Below are positions 8,478-18,097 of a stretch of 64,000 bases of DNA, piece by piece. Positions within the stretch are counted from its first letter, which is position 1, and each line of letters starts with the position of its first letter. The notes under the pieces were generated by a model, which was not told the origin of the DNA, made no database searches, and saw only the letters and a program-made list of their open reading frames with translations. Origin of the DNA: a virus. The stretch spans positions 20,936 to 84,935 of the IMG/VR virus record IMGVR_UViG_3300006735_000022; one strand, 5' to 3'. The translations under genes and the position numbers were made by a program.

Positions 8478-10795
8478 CGAACGGTACAAAGGTGGTCAAG
8501 CGTAATGGTTCTATTGAACCTCTTGATCTTGATAAGATGCACATTATGGTAGAACGTGCATGTGAAAACCTTGCAGGTGTATCTGCTTCTCAAGTAGAGA
8601 TCCAATCAGGCATCCAGTTTTTTGATGGTATCACAACAGCAGAGATTCAGGAGATTCTGATCAAGTCTGCTAGTGATTTGATTGATCTTGATCACCCCAA
8701 CTATCAGTTCGTCGCTGCTAGATTGCTATTGTTTAGTGTTCGTAAGCAACTGTATGGTCTTATTGAGGACATCCCACCACTATCAGAGCACATCAATGAT
8801 TGTATTGAGCGTGGTGTATATGATTCCGGCATCCTAGATAAGTACAGTGAAGAAGAAATTGCTACGCTGAGTGGTTATATTGAACACTCACGTGATTATT
8901 TGTTTACGTTTGCTGGTCTCCGTCAGGTTGTTGATAAGTATCTTGTACAAGATAGAAGCAACGGGATGGTCTTTGAGACCCCGCAGCAGATGTATATGAT
9001 GATTGCTGCAACTCTGTTTGCTAATTATCCCCAAGAGAATCGCCTGTCATATGTCAAACGATACTACGACGCAATCTCCCGACACCGAATCAACATCCCA
9101 ACGCCAATCATGGCAGGAGTGCGAACGCCCCTTAGACAGTTTGCTTCTTGTGTCCTTGTTGATATTGATGACACCCTCGATAGCATCTTTAGCAGCGATA
9201 TGGCTATTGGTAAATATGTTGCACAGAGGGCGGGTATCGGCATCAACGCGGGTGCAATCCGTGGCATCAACAGTAAGATCCGAGGCGGAGAGGTTCAACA
9301 CACAGGTGTGGTCCCCTTCCTCAAAAAGTTTGAATCAACTGTACGATGCTGCACACAAAACGGTGTCCGAGGTGGGTCAGCGACTGTCCACTTTCCAATC
9401 TGGCACCAAGAGATAGAGGACATCATTGTCCTGAAGAACAATAAAGGTACAGAAGATAATCGTGTCCGGAAACTGGACTACTCTATCCAGTTCAGCAAAC
9501 TATTCTACGAACGGTTTATCAAGAACGAAACGATTTCATTGTTCAGTCCTCATGTTGTTGAGGGTCTGTTTGATGCATTTGGCACGGATGAGTTTGATCA
9601 ACTTTATGTACACTACGAGCAAGATGAGTCCATTCCACGGACTACTATCAATGCACAAGATCTTATCCTTGCAATCCTAAAGGAAAGGGCAGAGACTGGT
9701 CGTATTTACATCATGAATATCGACCACTGTAATACCCATTCCTCGTTCACTGACAAGGTGTCGATGAGTAACCTGTGTCAGGAGATTACCCTGCCCACAG
9801 ACCCCATCCAGCACATCGATGGAGCGGGTGAAATCGCCTTGTGCATCCTGTCTGCTATCAACGTGGGTAAGGTGAGGTCTGACGAGGAACTGGAGGACTT
9901 GTGTGAGTTGTCTGTCCGTGGTTTGGATGAACTGATCGAGTATCAGGAGTATCCTGTCAAGGCAGCAGAGATCAGCACAAAAGCACGTCGCTCACTGGGT
10001 GTTGGGTTCATTGGTCTGGCACACTACCTTGCTAAACTTGGTTACAACTATGACAGTCAAGAGGCATGGGATGCAGTTCACCAACTGACTGAATCTTTCC
10101 AGTATTATCTTCTCAAAGCATCCAACAAACTGGCACAGGAGAGGGGTGCATGTGAATACTTCTCTAGAACTAAATATTCTCACGGTCAACTTCCGATAGA
10201 CCATTACAAGCGAGACGTTGACGAGATCACAACTGCTGAGTTGCAACATGATTGGGATAGTCTTAGGTCATCTATCTCCGAGCATGGACTACGGCACAGC
10301 ACACTGTCCGCACAAATGCCTTCGGAGAGCAGTTCCGTTGTGTCAAATGCCACAAACGGAATTGAACCACCCCGTGACTTCTTGTCCATCAAGAAGTCGA
10401 AGAAAGGTCCACTCAAGCAAGTGGTCCCACAATACCAACGATTGAAGAATAATTACACGTTGCTCTGGGAGATGAAAGGCAACCGAGGATACATCAATGT
10501 AGTCTCGGTCATGCAAAAATTCTTCGACCAAGCAATCTCTGGTAACTGGTCTTACAACCCTATCGATTACGACAACAACGAAGTACCCGTGTCCGTCATG
10601 GCGAACGATTTGTTGACAACATACAAATACGGTTGGAAAACTAGTTACTACCAGAATACTAATGACCTCAAGTCGGACGAGATGGAAGAACCGGCACACT
10701 CCATTGGATGGAAAGATGATGTACCTGAAAAGGATGCACTCATCGCCTCTATTCAAAACGAAGACGAAGAAGCCTGCGAATCCTGTGCAATTTAG
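8474..10795 (+). CDS. nrdA: ribonucleotide reductase class Ia alpha subunit
   Basis: ATP-cone VVKRNG; QFASCVL; SNLCQEI; C-terminal CESCAI; ATGA overlap with primase. Confidence 0.97.
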   Translation: MTNGTKVVKRNGSIEPLDLDKMHIMVERACENLAGVSASQVEIQSGIQFFDGITTAEIQEILIKSASDLIDLDHPNYQFVAARLLLFSVRKQLYGLIEDIPPLSEHINDCIERGVYDSGILDKYSEEEIATLSGYIEHSRDYLFTFAGLRQVVDKYLVQDRSNGMVFETPQQMYMMIAATLFANYPQENRLSYVKRYYDAISRHRINIPTPIMAGVRTPLRQFASCVLVDIDDTLDSIFSSDMAIGKYVAQRAGIGINAGAIRGINSKIRGGEVQHTGVVPFLKKFESTVRCCTQNGVRGGSATVHFPIWHQEIEDIIVLKNNKGTEDNRVRKLDYSIQFSKLFYERFIKNETISLFSPHVVEGLFDAFGTDEFDQLYVHYEQDESIPRTTINAQDLILAILKERAETGRIYIMNIDHCNTHSSFTDKVSMSNLCQEITLPTDPIQHIDGAGEIALCILSAINVGKVRSDEELEDLCELSVRGLDELIEYQEYPVKAAEISTKARRSLGVGFIGLAHYLAKLGYNYDSQEAWDAVHQLTESFQYYLLKASNKLAQERGACEYFSRTKYSHGQLPIDHYKRDVDEITTAELQHDWDSLRSSISEHGLRHSTLSAQMPSESSSVVSNATNGIEPPRDFLSIKKSKKGPLKQVVPQYQRLKNNYTLLWEMKGNRGYINVVSVMQKFFDQAISGNWSYNPIDYDNNEVPVSVMANDLLTTYKYGWKTSYYQNTNDLKSDEMEEPAHSIGWKDDVPEKDALIASIQNEDEEACESCAI

Positions 10796-11960
10796 AAAAA
10801 GCGCCTCCAATGATATGTCTGTAAAAGGCATGACGGTGTTCAATGACACTCGCGTTGACACCAAAACACAACCTATGTTCTTTGGGGCACCCCTTGGTGT
10901 CCAACGCTACGATTCATATAAGTATCCACAGTTTGAAAAACTGACCAATCAGATGCTTGGATACTTCTGGCGTCCAGAAGAGGTGTCTCTTCAAAAAGAT
11001 CGTGGAGACTATAAGACTCTACGTCCTGAGCAGAAGCACATCTTTACTTCTAATTTGAAGTATCAGATCCTCCTTGATTCTGTGCAGGGTCGTGGTCCTG
11101 GTATGGCATTCTCCCCATACTGTGCTCTTCCTGAACTGGAAGGTGCAATGAACGTGTGGCAGTTTATGGAGATGATCCACTCACGTTCTTACACATACAT
11201 TATCAAGAACGTGTATCCTGACCCTGCTGAGGTCTTTGATACTATTCTTGATGACGAACGTATCTTGGCACGTGCTAAGAGTGTCACCAGAGCGTACGAT
11301 GAGTTCCTGCATGTCGCAAACGAGTGGGGTGCTGGTAGTATGTGGACAGCAGACTATGCTGATTCTCCTACCGCTGTCTACACCCGTAAGGAACTGAAGC
11401 GTCGTCTGTATCTGGCAGTATCAAACGTCAATATCCTTGAGGGCATTCGTTTCTATGTGTCCTTTGCATGTTCGTTTGCCTTTGGTGAACTGAAACTGAT
11501 GGAAGGATCTGCTAAGATCATCTCTCTGATTGCACGTGATGAGAACCTGCACACTGTGTTGACTCAGCAGATCATCAAAGCCTGGCAAAAGGGTGATGAT
11601 CCTGAGATGGTAGAGATCGTCAAGGAGGAAGAGCAGACTGTCATCGATATGTTTGCTCAGGCAGTGGACGAAGAGAAAGAGTGGGCACAGTATCTGTTCA
11701 AAGATGGAAGCATGATCGGTCTCAATGACAAACTCCTCGTCAAGTATGTGGAGTGGATCGCTAACAAGCGTATGAGAGCGATTGGTTTGACCCCTCTGTA
11801 TGACGCTCCAGTGCACAACAACCCACTTCCCTGGACCGAGCACTGGATCTCCTCTAAAGGTCTCCAGGTCGCCCCACAGGAGACGGAAGTGGAGTCCTAC
11901 GTGGTTGGTGGTATCAAACAGGATGTGAAGAAGGATTCGTTCAGTGGATTCCAGTTGTAA
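10785..11960 (+). CDS. nrdB: ribonucleotide reductase class Ia beta subunit
   Basis: FWRPEEVSL, EMIHSRSY, EGIRFYVSF, RDENLH, QETEVESY; start at GTG 10785 or ATG 10815. Confidence 0.96.
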   Translation: MQFRKSASNDMSVKGMTVFNDTRVDTKTQPMFFGAPLGVQRYDSYKYPQFEKLTNQMLGYFWRPEEVSLQKDRGDYKTLRPEQKHIFTSNLKYQILLDSVQGRGPGMAFSPYCALPELEGAMNVWQFMEMIHSRSYTYIIKNVYPDPAEVFDTILDDERILARAKSVTRAYDEFLHVANEWGAGSMWTADYADSPTAVYTRKELKRRLYLAVSNVNILEGIRFYVSFACSFAFGELKLMEGSAKIISLIARDENLHTVLTQQIIKAWQKGDDPEMVEIVKEEEQTVIDMFAQAVDEEKEWAQYLFKDGSMIGLNDKLLVKYVEWIANKRMRAIGLTPLYDAPVHNNPLPWTEHWISSKGLQVAPQETEVESYVVGGIKQDVKKDSFSGFQL

Positions 11961-12153
11961 AGAGTTCTATGACTTCGGTGGGCGACCTGTAGAGTGCCAA
12001 TATCTTCTTTTACTCATCAGTGAGATGGAGGGTACATACCAACATCTCAAATTCATGGGATTCAAAGAAGATATGGAGACTCTAGAGGAGATGAAGAAGA
12101 GGTATTATAAACTCTACTTCAAAACTCTGAAGGAGGAGAAGGCAAAAGCATGA
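11944..12153 (+). CDS. hypothetical protein
   Basis: 69-aa ORF following nrdB. Confidence 0.55.
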   Translation: MDSSCKEFYDFGGRPVECQYLLLLISEMEGTYQHLKFMGFKEDMETLEEMKKRYYKLYFKTLKEEKAKA

Positions 12154-12219
12154 ACCTTTGCAACGAAAATGGGTTTGCCCTTGTGTGGTAAGATAATATA
12201 GATTGTACGGGAAACCAAA

Positions 12220-12387
12220 ATGTATTTTCTAGCAAATCCACCAGTCTATTTCCTGCCTGGTACATGGGAGACCGTGCATACCAGCATATATGATCCAGTA
12301 TTTGGTTTGCTCTCCTTCATGTTGGTCGTTGCATCTGCAACTCTAGTGTCATCACTAGCAATGAAGAGGTCAAGAAAAAGAGTTTAG
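12220..12387 (+). CDS. small membrane protein (55 aa, not in ORF track)
   Basis: MYFLANPPVYFLPGTWE...FGLLSFMLVVASATLVSSLAMKRSRKRV; one TM helix and basic tail. Confidence 0.55.
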   Translation: MYFLANPPVYFLPGTWETVHTSIYDPVFGLLSFMLVVASATLVSSLAMKRSRKRV

Positions 12388-12388
12388 T

Positions 12389-12535
12389 ATGAACACTACA
12401 TTGACTGTACATGATGATGGTGTGCTTACATTCCCTCCTGAATTCCTAGAAAAAGTTGGATGGCAGGAGGGAGATGTGTTAGAATGGATAGATAACCATG
12501 ACGGTTCTTGGACTTTGACTAAGAATAATGACTGA
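12389..12535 (+). CDS. AbrB/MazE-like swapped-hairpin DNA-binding protein (48 aa, not in ORF track)
   Basis: MNTTLTVHDDGVLTFPPEFLEKVGWQEGDVLEWIDNHDGSWTLTK fits the G-x-L-T-x-P...G-W-x-x-G-D-x-L pattern. Confidence 0.7.
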   Translation: MNTTLTVHDDGVLTFPPEFLEKVGWQEGDVLEWIDNHDGSWTLTKNND

Positions 12536-12740
12536 ATGGAGAGAAGAGTATAAGCAGTTCACTAGTAATAAAAAAGAACTTGAATTACTAGAGAACGGAC
12601 CAAAAAGTCTTGCACAGTCATGGCACTTGCAAGCAATGTATAATCAGTGGAAGAAGATCAAGGGTATAAAGGATCCTGAACCACCTGATTGCCAAAGTAG
12701 CATGAGGGAATGGGAACAATCAATCAAGAAGTATCAATAG
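12528..12740 (+). CDS. conserved hypothetical protein
   Basis: 70-aa ORF. Confidence 0.6.
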   Translation: MTEWREEYKQFTSNKKELELLENGPKSLAQSWHLQAMYNQWKKIKGIKDPEPPDCQSSMREWEQSIKKYQ

Positions 12741-12742
12741 AA

Positions 12743-13447
12743 ATGAAATTTTATTTTGACGGCGACTCATTTACCTATGGTGGAGGTTTAGAACGCCTAG
12801 CCGTAAGGCGAGAAGATTATAGGTGGTCTAAGTTAGTATGTGATCACTTCGGAGCTGAGGAAGTAAACCTATCATATGGTGGTGCTTGTAATGAAAAAAT
12901 TATGAGGCACCTGTTTACTAAACCACCTACTGAGGTTTATGATTTCTACTTTCTTCAAACTACCGTTCCTATTAGGAATGAGTTTTATGATAAGAAAAAG
13001 AAGAGGTGGACAGGATATTCACATGAACGTGATAAGCATGGTAGTGTTTATGACAGATGCATATTCAGATGGGGAGATGTAGAGGGACCTCGGTTTGCTG
13101 AGTGGATAAACTTTGGACTTAGTAGGGTTTACTCTGATGAATATGGAAGGGCTAAAGAGAGTGTTACACTCAACGCAATGAAAGCATACGTTGCATCTGT
13201 GGGACGATCAAACAGATCTTTTTTTAGCACACTACTAAAACCTATAGAGACTGACAACAAATATGACATGTACTTCAAAGGTACACACGATGCTGAACGT
13301 GGTGAAACTGAATGGCCTCCAGGACTATTCCGTTATGATAAAATACCCAACGATGGACATCCTTCTATAGAAGGTCATAAGACCATAGCAAAATATGTTA
13401 TAGATATTGTAAGTGACAGATTACGTAATGAGGGTTCAGTCTGCTAA
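12743..13447 (+). CDS. SGNH/GDSL hydrolase-like protein
   Basis: Block I FDGDSFTYG, block II NLSYGGACN, block V DGHPSIEGH. Confidence 0.7.
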   Translation: MKFYFDGDSFTYGGGLERLAVRREDYRWSKLVCDHFGAEEVNLSYGGACNEKIMRHLFTKPPTEVYDFYFLQTTVPIRNEFYDKKKKRWTGYSHERDKHGSVYDRCIFRWGDVEGPRFAEWINFGLSRVYSDEYGRAKESVTLNAMKAYVASVGRSNRSFFSTLLKPIETDNKYDMYFKGTHDAERGETEWPPGLFRYDKIPNDGHPSIEGHKTIAKYVIDIVSDRLRNEGSVC

Positions 13448-13763
13448 GGCAAAGGGTAGGAGACTACAGCAGTGGGTAAGAACTAAACTTATAGAAATGT
13501 TAGAGGTTCACCCTGAGGATGTAGAGTCTAGATCAATGGGTGCAGGTGGTGAGGATATCATCATGGCACGTGCAGCTAGACAAAAGTTTCCTTTCAGTGT
13601 AGAATGCAAGAACACAGAGAGACTAAACGTTTGGGATGCATACGACCAAGCGTGTGCTAACTCTGGTGATTACGAACCAATTCTCTTCATAAAAAAGAAT
13701 GGCAGACGACCTCTCGTTGTCCTCGATGCGGAAAGCTTTATTGGATCCCAGCGACATGAATGA
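13428..13763 (+). CDS. PD-(D/E)xK Holliday-junction-resolvase-like nuclease
   Basis: SAKAKGRRLQ...GAGGEDII...SVECKN. Confidence 0.7.
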   Translation: MRVQSAKAKGRRLQQWVRTKLIEMLEVHPEDVESRSMGAGGEDIIMARAARQKFPFSVECKNTERLNVWDAYDQACANSGDYEPILFIKKNGRRPLVVLDAESFIGSQRHE

Positions 13764-13992
13764 CTGGAGATACTCTGAAGAGCGTATGCAACTTCGTGCT
13801 GAAGTATTTCGTGCGTTGTCTCATCACCTAAATGATCATTGCAGACTTGTATATGAGTTTTGTCATGACTGGGTGAGTCAGGGTAACAAAACAACCATTG
13901 GAGTTGAACAAAGATTCCAAGAGTTCATTCGTAATCGTGCCGAAACTTTGTACACACTAACCCCCATGGAGGAACATGCAGAAAATTCTTAG
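13756..13992 (+). CDS. hypothetical protein
   Basis: MNDWRYSEERMQLR...YEFCHDWV. Confidence 0.55.
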   Translation: MNDWRYSEERMQLRAEVFRALSHHLNDHCRLVYEFCHDWVSQGNKTTIGVEQRFQEFIRNRAETLYTLTPMEEHAENS

Positions 13993-14215
13993 TCTCATGT
14001 CCATCTTTTCATTCGTAACTAGCGTAGGTGTAGTTGGCACTGCTGGTTATGTGTATGTAAACCAAGACAAAATCAAAGAGAACATCAAAGAGCAGGTCAC
14101 CAAAGGCGTTCAAGATGCTGTCGTAAGTAAATTCAATACACCTGCTCTGCCTAAAGCGACTGGTGGTGTGCTTCCTGCCATGCCTAAGGTCACTGGAGGA
14201 GCTATTCCATTCTAA
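13976..14215 (+). CDS. membrane-anchored hypothetical protein
   Basis: N-terminal TM helix; C-terminal LPKATGG/MPKVTGG repeat. Confidence 0.6.
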   Translation: MQKILSLMSIFSFVTSVGVVGTAGYVYVNQDKIKENIKEQVTKGVQDAVVSKFNTPALPKATGGVLPAMPKVTGGAIPF

Positions 14216-14239
14216 ATACAGCCAGCTATATCCTGGCGT

Positions 14240-14746
14240 ATGACTGATAAGACACCAGATTCTCCTCCAGAAAAGGAGGAGAAACGAGGTTTGTTTGGTT
14301 TAGGTAAGAAGAAACCTGAGACTAAACTAGATAAGGATAAGAAAAAGGAAGAAGAGGATAAAGATCCTGATGAAAGAATGGCAGCGTTGTCTACGCTGGT
14401 TCGTCTAGGTATCTTGATTTGGTCAGGTGGTATTCTCACACTGGCATACGTCGATCTTCCAAAGGCACTCAATTTTCCTAAGCAGGATCTCGATCCGACT
14501 TTCATAGCCTCGGTCTTCACTGGGGTTTTAGCTACGTTCGGGGTTCAAACTGCTAAGAAAGGTGCCATGGCTAATGGTGGTGGTGGCATCACCAAGGCAG
14601 ATATGGAACGTCTTATCGCTGCTGCAGCACAAACAGCACCTGCACAAACCATTCGTATTGAACAAGCTCCGTTGACAATCGGAACTCAACCTCCTAATGT
14701 ATCAGAAGATGGTGCCCCTCCCGTTGTGCCCCCTAAAAAATCGTGA
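14240..14746 (+). CDS. conserved cyanophage membrane protein
   Basis: Two TM helices (LVRLGILIWSGGILTL; DPTFIASVFTGVLATFGV); TAAATA upstream. Confidence 0.65.
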   Translation: MTDKTPDSPPEKEEKRGLFGLGKKKPETKLDKDKKKEEEDKDPDERMAALSTLVRLGILIWSGGILTLAYVDLPKALNFPKQDLDPTFIASVFTGVLATFGVQTAKKGAMANGGGGITKADMERLIAAAAQTAPAQTIRIEQAPLTIGTQPPNVSEDGAPPVVPPKKS

Positions 14747-14874
14747 CTTTCGCTGATGTCCTTCTTTGGACAGCAATACCCTTTGTTCTATCCACAATAT
14801 ATTTCGGGATACGAAAGGGTCATAATAACTACTACGACTCAGAAGATTATGATGGAAATGGAACGGCTCACTAG
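14743..14874 (+). CDS. ndhP: NDH-1 small subunit NdhP-like (43 aa, not in ORF track)
   Basis: GTG start in GTGA overlap; MTFADVLLWTAIPFVLSTIYFGIRKGHNNYYDSEDYDGNGTAH: one TM helix plus the Y-D-x-x-x-Y-x-G-N-G-x-A-H C-terminus of NdhP. Confidence 0.75.
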   Translation: MTFADVLLWTAIPFVLSTIYFGIRKGHNNYYDSEDYDGNGTAH

Positions 14875-16192
14875 ACGCATCGTTATCTTCGGTGCGACTG
14901 GTGACCTTTGTAAGAGGAAACTTATTCCAGCACTGTACCAGTTGTGGAAGAAAGATCTTCTCCCTAAAGAACTTCTGATCGTAGGGTGCTCACGTCGTGA
15001 GTATACACGTGATACTTGGTTGGAATATATTGGAGACTACCCTTTAGAGTTTACTCACTGGTTAGATTTTCAATGTGCTGACCTTGATAAAAAAGAATCT
15101 CTGATGACACTGCACGATAAGAGTGCAGATACAACATATTTCTTATCTGTTCCACCGGAGAGATACGAGAATGCAATCATCAACCTCAAGGAAGCAGGGT
15201 TTCTGGATGACCCTGACCACTCCAGAGTGGTTATCGAAAAACCCTTTGGATACGACTATAAATCTGCTGATCATTTACAGTCAGTGGTGGAGCGACATAT
15301 ACGCGAGAAACAAGTTTATCGCATTGACCATTATCTTGGTAAAGATACTGTCAATAACATCCTTGCCACTCGGTTTGGCAATGTACTACTTGAACCACTC
15401 TGGAATCGCCAGTACATAGAAGAGGTTCAGATCTTTGCGACTGAAACTATTGGATGCGAAGGTAGATCACAATACTATGAAGACGCAGGTGTTGTACGTG
15501 ACATGTTGCAGAACCACATGCTACAGGTTCTGTCTCTAATTGCGATGGAAGCACCGTGTCGTATGAGTGCTGTCGAAATTCGTAGGGAGAAGGTAAAGGT
15601 TCTTGCTGCCGCACGTCTTGGTGGTAAGTTTATTACTGGTCAGTACCTAGGATACCGTGAAGAACAGGGTGTGGGTCCTGAGTCTATGACCCAAACTTAT
15701 GTTGCAGGTGATATTTACATTGATAACTGGAGGTGGGAGGGTGTACCTTTCTACTTCATGACAGGTAAGAAGATGCCTTATCAGTGTGTTGAGGTTGTTA
15801 TCAAGTTGAAAGCACCACCTGTTGGACTGTTTGAGGGTGAAACTCCTGGTCGTATTGTGATGCGTCTGCAACCACATGCACACCTCGACATTCAGATTGA
15901 TGTGAAGTCACCTGGACTTGGTGAAAATGTTGAGTTGGCAACACTCACTCACAGATATCCTGACTGGTTGGGTGTAGATGGTTATGAAAAACTATTATAT
16001 GATGCTCTTCATGGGGATCAATCTCACTTTGTTCATGCAGAAGAGGTGTTGGAATCATGGAGAATCGTTGACAATCTTCTTTGTACTGGTAAGCAGTGTC
16101 CTATCAGGACAGCACCATACGTTTACCATGAAGGACAGTGGGGACCAACTCATAAGACAGACATGATTACCAAATGGGACTATCCGGAATAG
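14849..16192 (+). CDS. zwf: glucose-6-phosphate dehydrogenase
   Basis: IFGATGDL, EKPFG, RIDHYLGK, RDMLQNH; start is one of three nearby ATGs (14849-14858). Confidence 0.95.
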   Translation: MMEMERLTRRIVIFGATGDLCKRKLIPALYQLWKKDLLPKELLIVGCSRREYTRDTWLEYIGDYPLEFTHWLDFQCADLDKKESLMTLHDKSADTTYFLSVPPERYENAIINLKEAGFLDDPDHSRVVIEKPFGYDYKSADHLQSVVERHIREKQVYRIDHYLGKDTVNNILATRFGNVLLEPLWNRQYIEEVQIFATETIGCEGRSQYYEDAGVVRDMLQNHMLQVLSLIAMEAPCRMSAVEIRREKVKVLAAARLGGKFITGQYLGYREEQGVGPESMTQTYVAGDIYIDNWRWEGVPFYFMTGKKMPYQCVEVVIKLKAPPVGLFEGETPGRIVMRLQPHAHLDIQIDVKSPGLGENVELATLTHRYPDWLGVDGYEKLLYDALHGDQSHFVHAEEVLESWRIVDNLLCTGKQCPIRTAPYVYHEGQWGPTHKTDMITKWDYPE

Positions 16193-16353
16193 CACACAGT
16201 GCAGCTAAATTTGCTGCACACGTTCTAAATAACCCTTATACTCTGGGTCTTATGGCGTGGGTATTAGTTTTCGTTCCTGTCTTAGGTATGTGGGCAGTCC
16301 ACAAATACGGATGGGAGCACTGGGAACCATTTACTAAGCGTCATGACACATAG
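16174..16353 (+). CDS. small membrane protein (59 aa, not in ORF track)
   Basis: MGLSGIAHSAAKFAAHVLNNPYTLGLMAWVLVFVPVLGMWAVHKYGWEHWEPFTKRHDT; fills the gap between neighbours. Confidence 0.6.
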   Translation: MGLSGIAHSAAKFAAHVLNNPYTLGLMAWVLVFVPVLGMWAVHKYGWEHWEPFTKRHDT

Positions 16354-16597
16354 GTGTACTGAAATCATCCCCGAACACACTGTGACAAAAGCAGAAGTAC
16401 AGGAGATGATTGATGATGCCATCAGGCAACACAATCGTAATGCATCAATGATTAGTATGGTCCTTGGGATTATATTTTTCGCCCTCTTTGCTGATGGATT
16501 CTTTAGAGTCATTGGTATGATTCCTCCCTTCCTGGGAATCGATGTCAATATTATCAAAGAAGTTGTACGGGAAGTTATTGAAAAAATTCAATCATGA
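16343..16597 (+). CDS. hypothetical membrane protein
   Basis: QEMIDDAIRQHNRNASMISMVLGIIF motif. Confidence 0.6.
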   Translation: MTHRCTEIIPEHTVTKAEVQEMIDDAIRQHNRNASMISMVLGIIFFALFADGFFRVIGMIPPFLGIDVNIIKEVVREVIEKIQS

Positions 16598-17631
16598 AAG
16601 TTGGAATCATTGGTCTAGGTAGGATGGGCGAGGGTATGTCTCGCCGCATGCTAGCAGCAGGCATCGAAGTCCATGGATACAGAAACAACTACTCAAAAGC
16701 ACAGGAACAATTTGAGAAGGGTTATCTTAGTGGGGTCACCACTTCTATTCAAACCCTGACTGAAGTAGTTCATCAATCAGATAGTCAGGTTGGCAAGGCA
16801 CCTGGCATCTTCATGATGGTAGTCCCTGCAGAAAACGTTGAGGGAACCATCGATGAGTTACTACAGTTTTGTGGTGAGGGTGATATTATTATTGATCACG
16901 GCAATAGCAACTTTGCGGATTCTCGACGGAGAGCAGAAAGGCTTTCTAAGTTGGGCATCCAATATCTTGACTGTGGCACTAGTGGTGGTGTGTATGGTTT
17001 GGACCGTGGATACTGTCTTATGGTTGGTGGTTCAGATCATGCAGTATCCGTCTGCTCTCCAATCTTTAGAGCACTCGCACCTGGTATTGCCTCTGCACCC
17101 CGTACAGATCCACTCACCCATGCAACCTCTGCAGAGTATGGGTGGTTACATTGCGGGGGTCCTGGAGCAGGTCACTTTGTGAAGATGGTCCACAACGGTG
17201 TGGAGTATGGTATAATGCAAGCGTATGCTGAAGGATTCAACATCCTAAATGCAGCAAACGATGGTAGTTCTTATGTGAAAGAGGGTGATGCAGAGGTCGC
17301 TCCGATGGCGAATCCAAAGGACTACCAATACGATATTGACTGTGCTGAGGTCGCTGAGTTATGGCGTCGTGGCAGCGTGGTTGGTAGTTGGTTATTGGAT
17401 CTTACTGCGGATGTATATCGAAGCGATCCAAAGCTTGATAAGTTCCCTGGAGGAGTTTCCGACTCCGGTGAGGGTCGCTGGACTGTTCATGCCGCTGTCG
17501 ATCTGGGTGTCCCCGCTCCTGTTATTACTGAAGCGTTGTATCAACGTTTTGGTTCTCGTAAACTGGGCGATTACGCGAACAGGGTACTGAACGGTATGCG
17601 TTATATGTTCGGTGGGCACAATGTTAGATAA
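16594..17631 (+). CDS. gnd: 6-phosphogluconate dehydrogenase (short form)
   Basis: GIIGLGRMG, DHGNS, GTSGG, GHFVKMVHNGVEYG. Confidence 0.95.
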   Translation: MKVGIIGLGRMGEGMSRRMLAAGIEVHGYRNNYSKAQEQFEKGYLSGVTTSIQTLTEVVHQSDSQVGKAPGIFMMVVPAENVEGTIDELLQFCGEGDIIIDHGNSNFADSRRRAERLSKLGIQYLDCGTSGGVYGLDRGYCLMVGGSDHAVSVCSPIFRALAPGIASAPRTDPLTHATSAEYGWLHCGGPGAGHFVKMVHNGVEYGIMQAYAEGFNILNAANDGSSYVKEGDAEVAPMANPKDYQYDIDCAEVAELWRRGSVVGSWLLDLTADVYRSDPKLDKFPGGVSDSGEGRWTVHAAVDLGVPAPVITEALYQRFGSRKLGDYANRVLNGMRYMFGGHNVR

Positions 17632-17815
17632 ATCTATTATATTAGTTGCATGTTTCACCCCACTCGTAATAATTTTTATCGTTATGAAGTTAGCAGTGTG
17701 GGTTAGTGCAACCTGGTCTGAAGAGAAGTATGTCGAAGCAGAATCCAGAAAACAACACGGACCTTATGTGGCAGATGCATATGCAGATGTTGACGAGGAG
17801 GAAGAGGAATATTGA
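17621..17815 (+). CDS. small membrane protein
   Basis: N-terminal TM helix, acidic tail. Confidence 0.55.
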   Translation: MLDKSIILVACFTPLVIIFIVMKLAVWVSATWSEEKYVEAESRKQHGPYVADAYADVDEEEEEY

Positions 17816-17957
17816 AGTAGCAAGAATTATAGATGATGCGATTACTGATTACTACTCTTCTCTAGGTCTACCTGTTCCTAATTGGAAGACAAAAAAAGAC
17901 CCTGAGTGGTGGACTAGATACCTTATAGACTTGGGTATTGAACCCCGTAATCCTTGA
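17787..17957 (+). CDS. hypothetical protein (start uncertain)
   Basis: IIDDAITDYYSSLGLPVPNWKTKKDPEWW. Confidence 0.45.
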   Translation: MLTRRKRNIEVARIIDDAITDYYSSLGLPVPNWKTKKDPEWWTRYLIDLGIEPRNP

Positions 17958-18097
17958 ACTTATTATTACGACCACTTGACAATGTAACTGACCCAGTTTG
18001 GAGTGTGATTATATCAATCATACTCCTTCTTGTTGCTGTTTTATATGTTGTGATCTATATACTAAAGATTGACCAGAAAGAAAGTGGAGATCCCTAA
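17954..18097 (+). CDS. small membrane protein (47 aa, not in ORF track)
   Basis: TTG start in TTGA overlap; MNLLLRPLDNVTDPVWSVIISIILLLVAVLYVVIYILKID. Confidence 0.55.
   Translation: MNLLLRPLDNVTDPVWSVIISIILLLVAVLYVVIYILKIDQKESGDP

Noticed and set aside
8474-11960. Introns, inteins or homing endonucleases in nrdA/nrdB (also psbA and thyX)
   Set aside because: All are continuous ORFs of normal length with no splicing or nuclease motifs
12150-12191. 13-codon ORF after the 69-aa gene
   Set aside because: Too short and featureless to support
14756-14848. ORF-track N-terminal extension of zwf
   Set aside because: Better explained by ndhP in another frame; similar over-extensions were trimmed for nrdB, psbA, petF and talC
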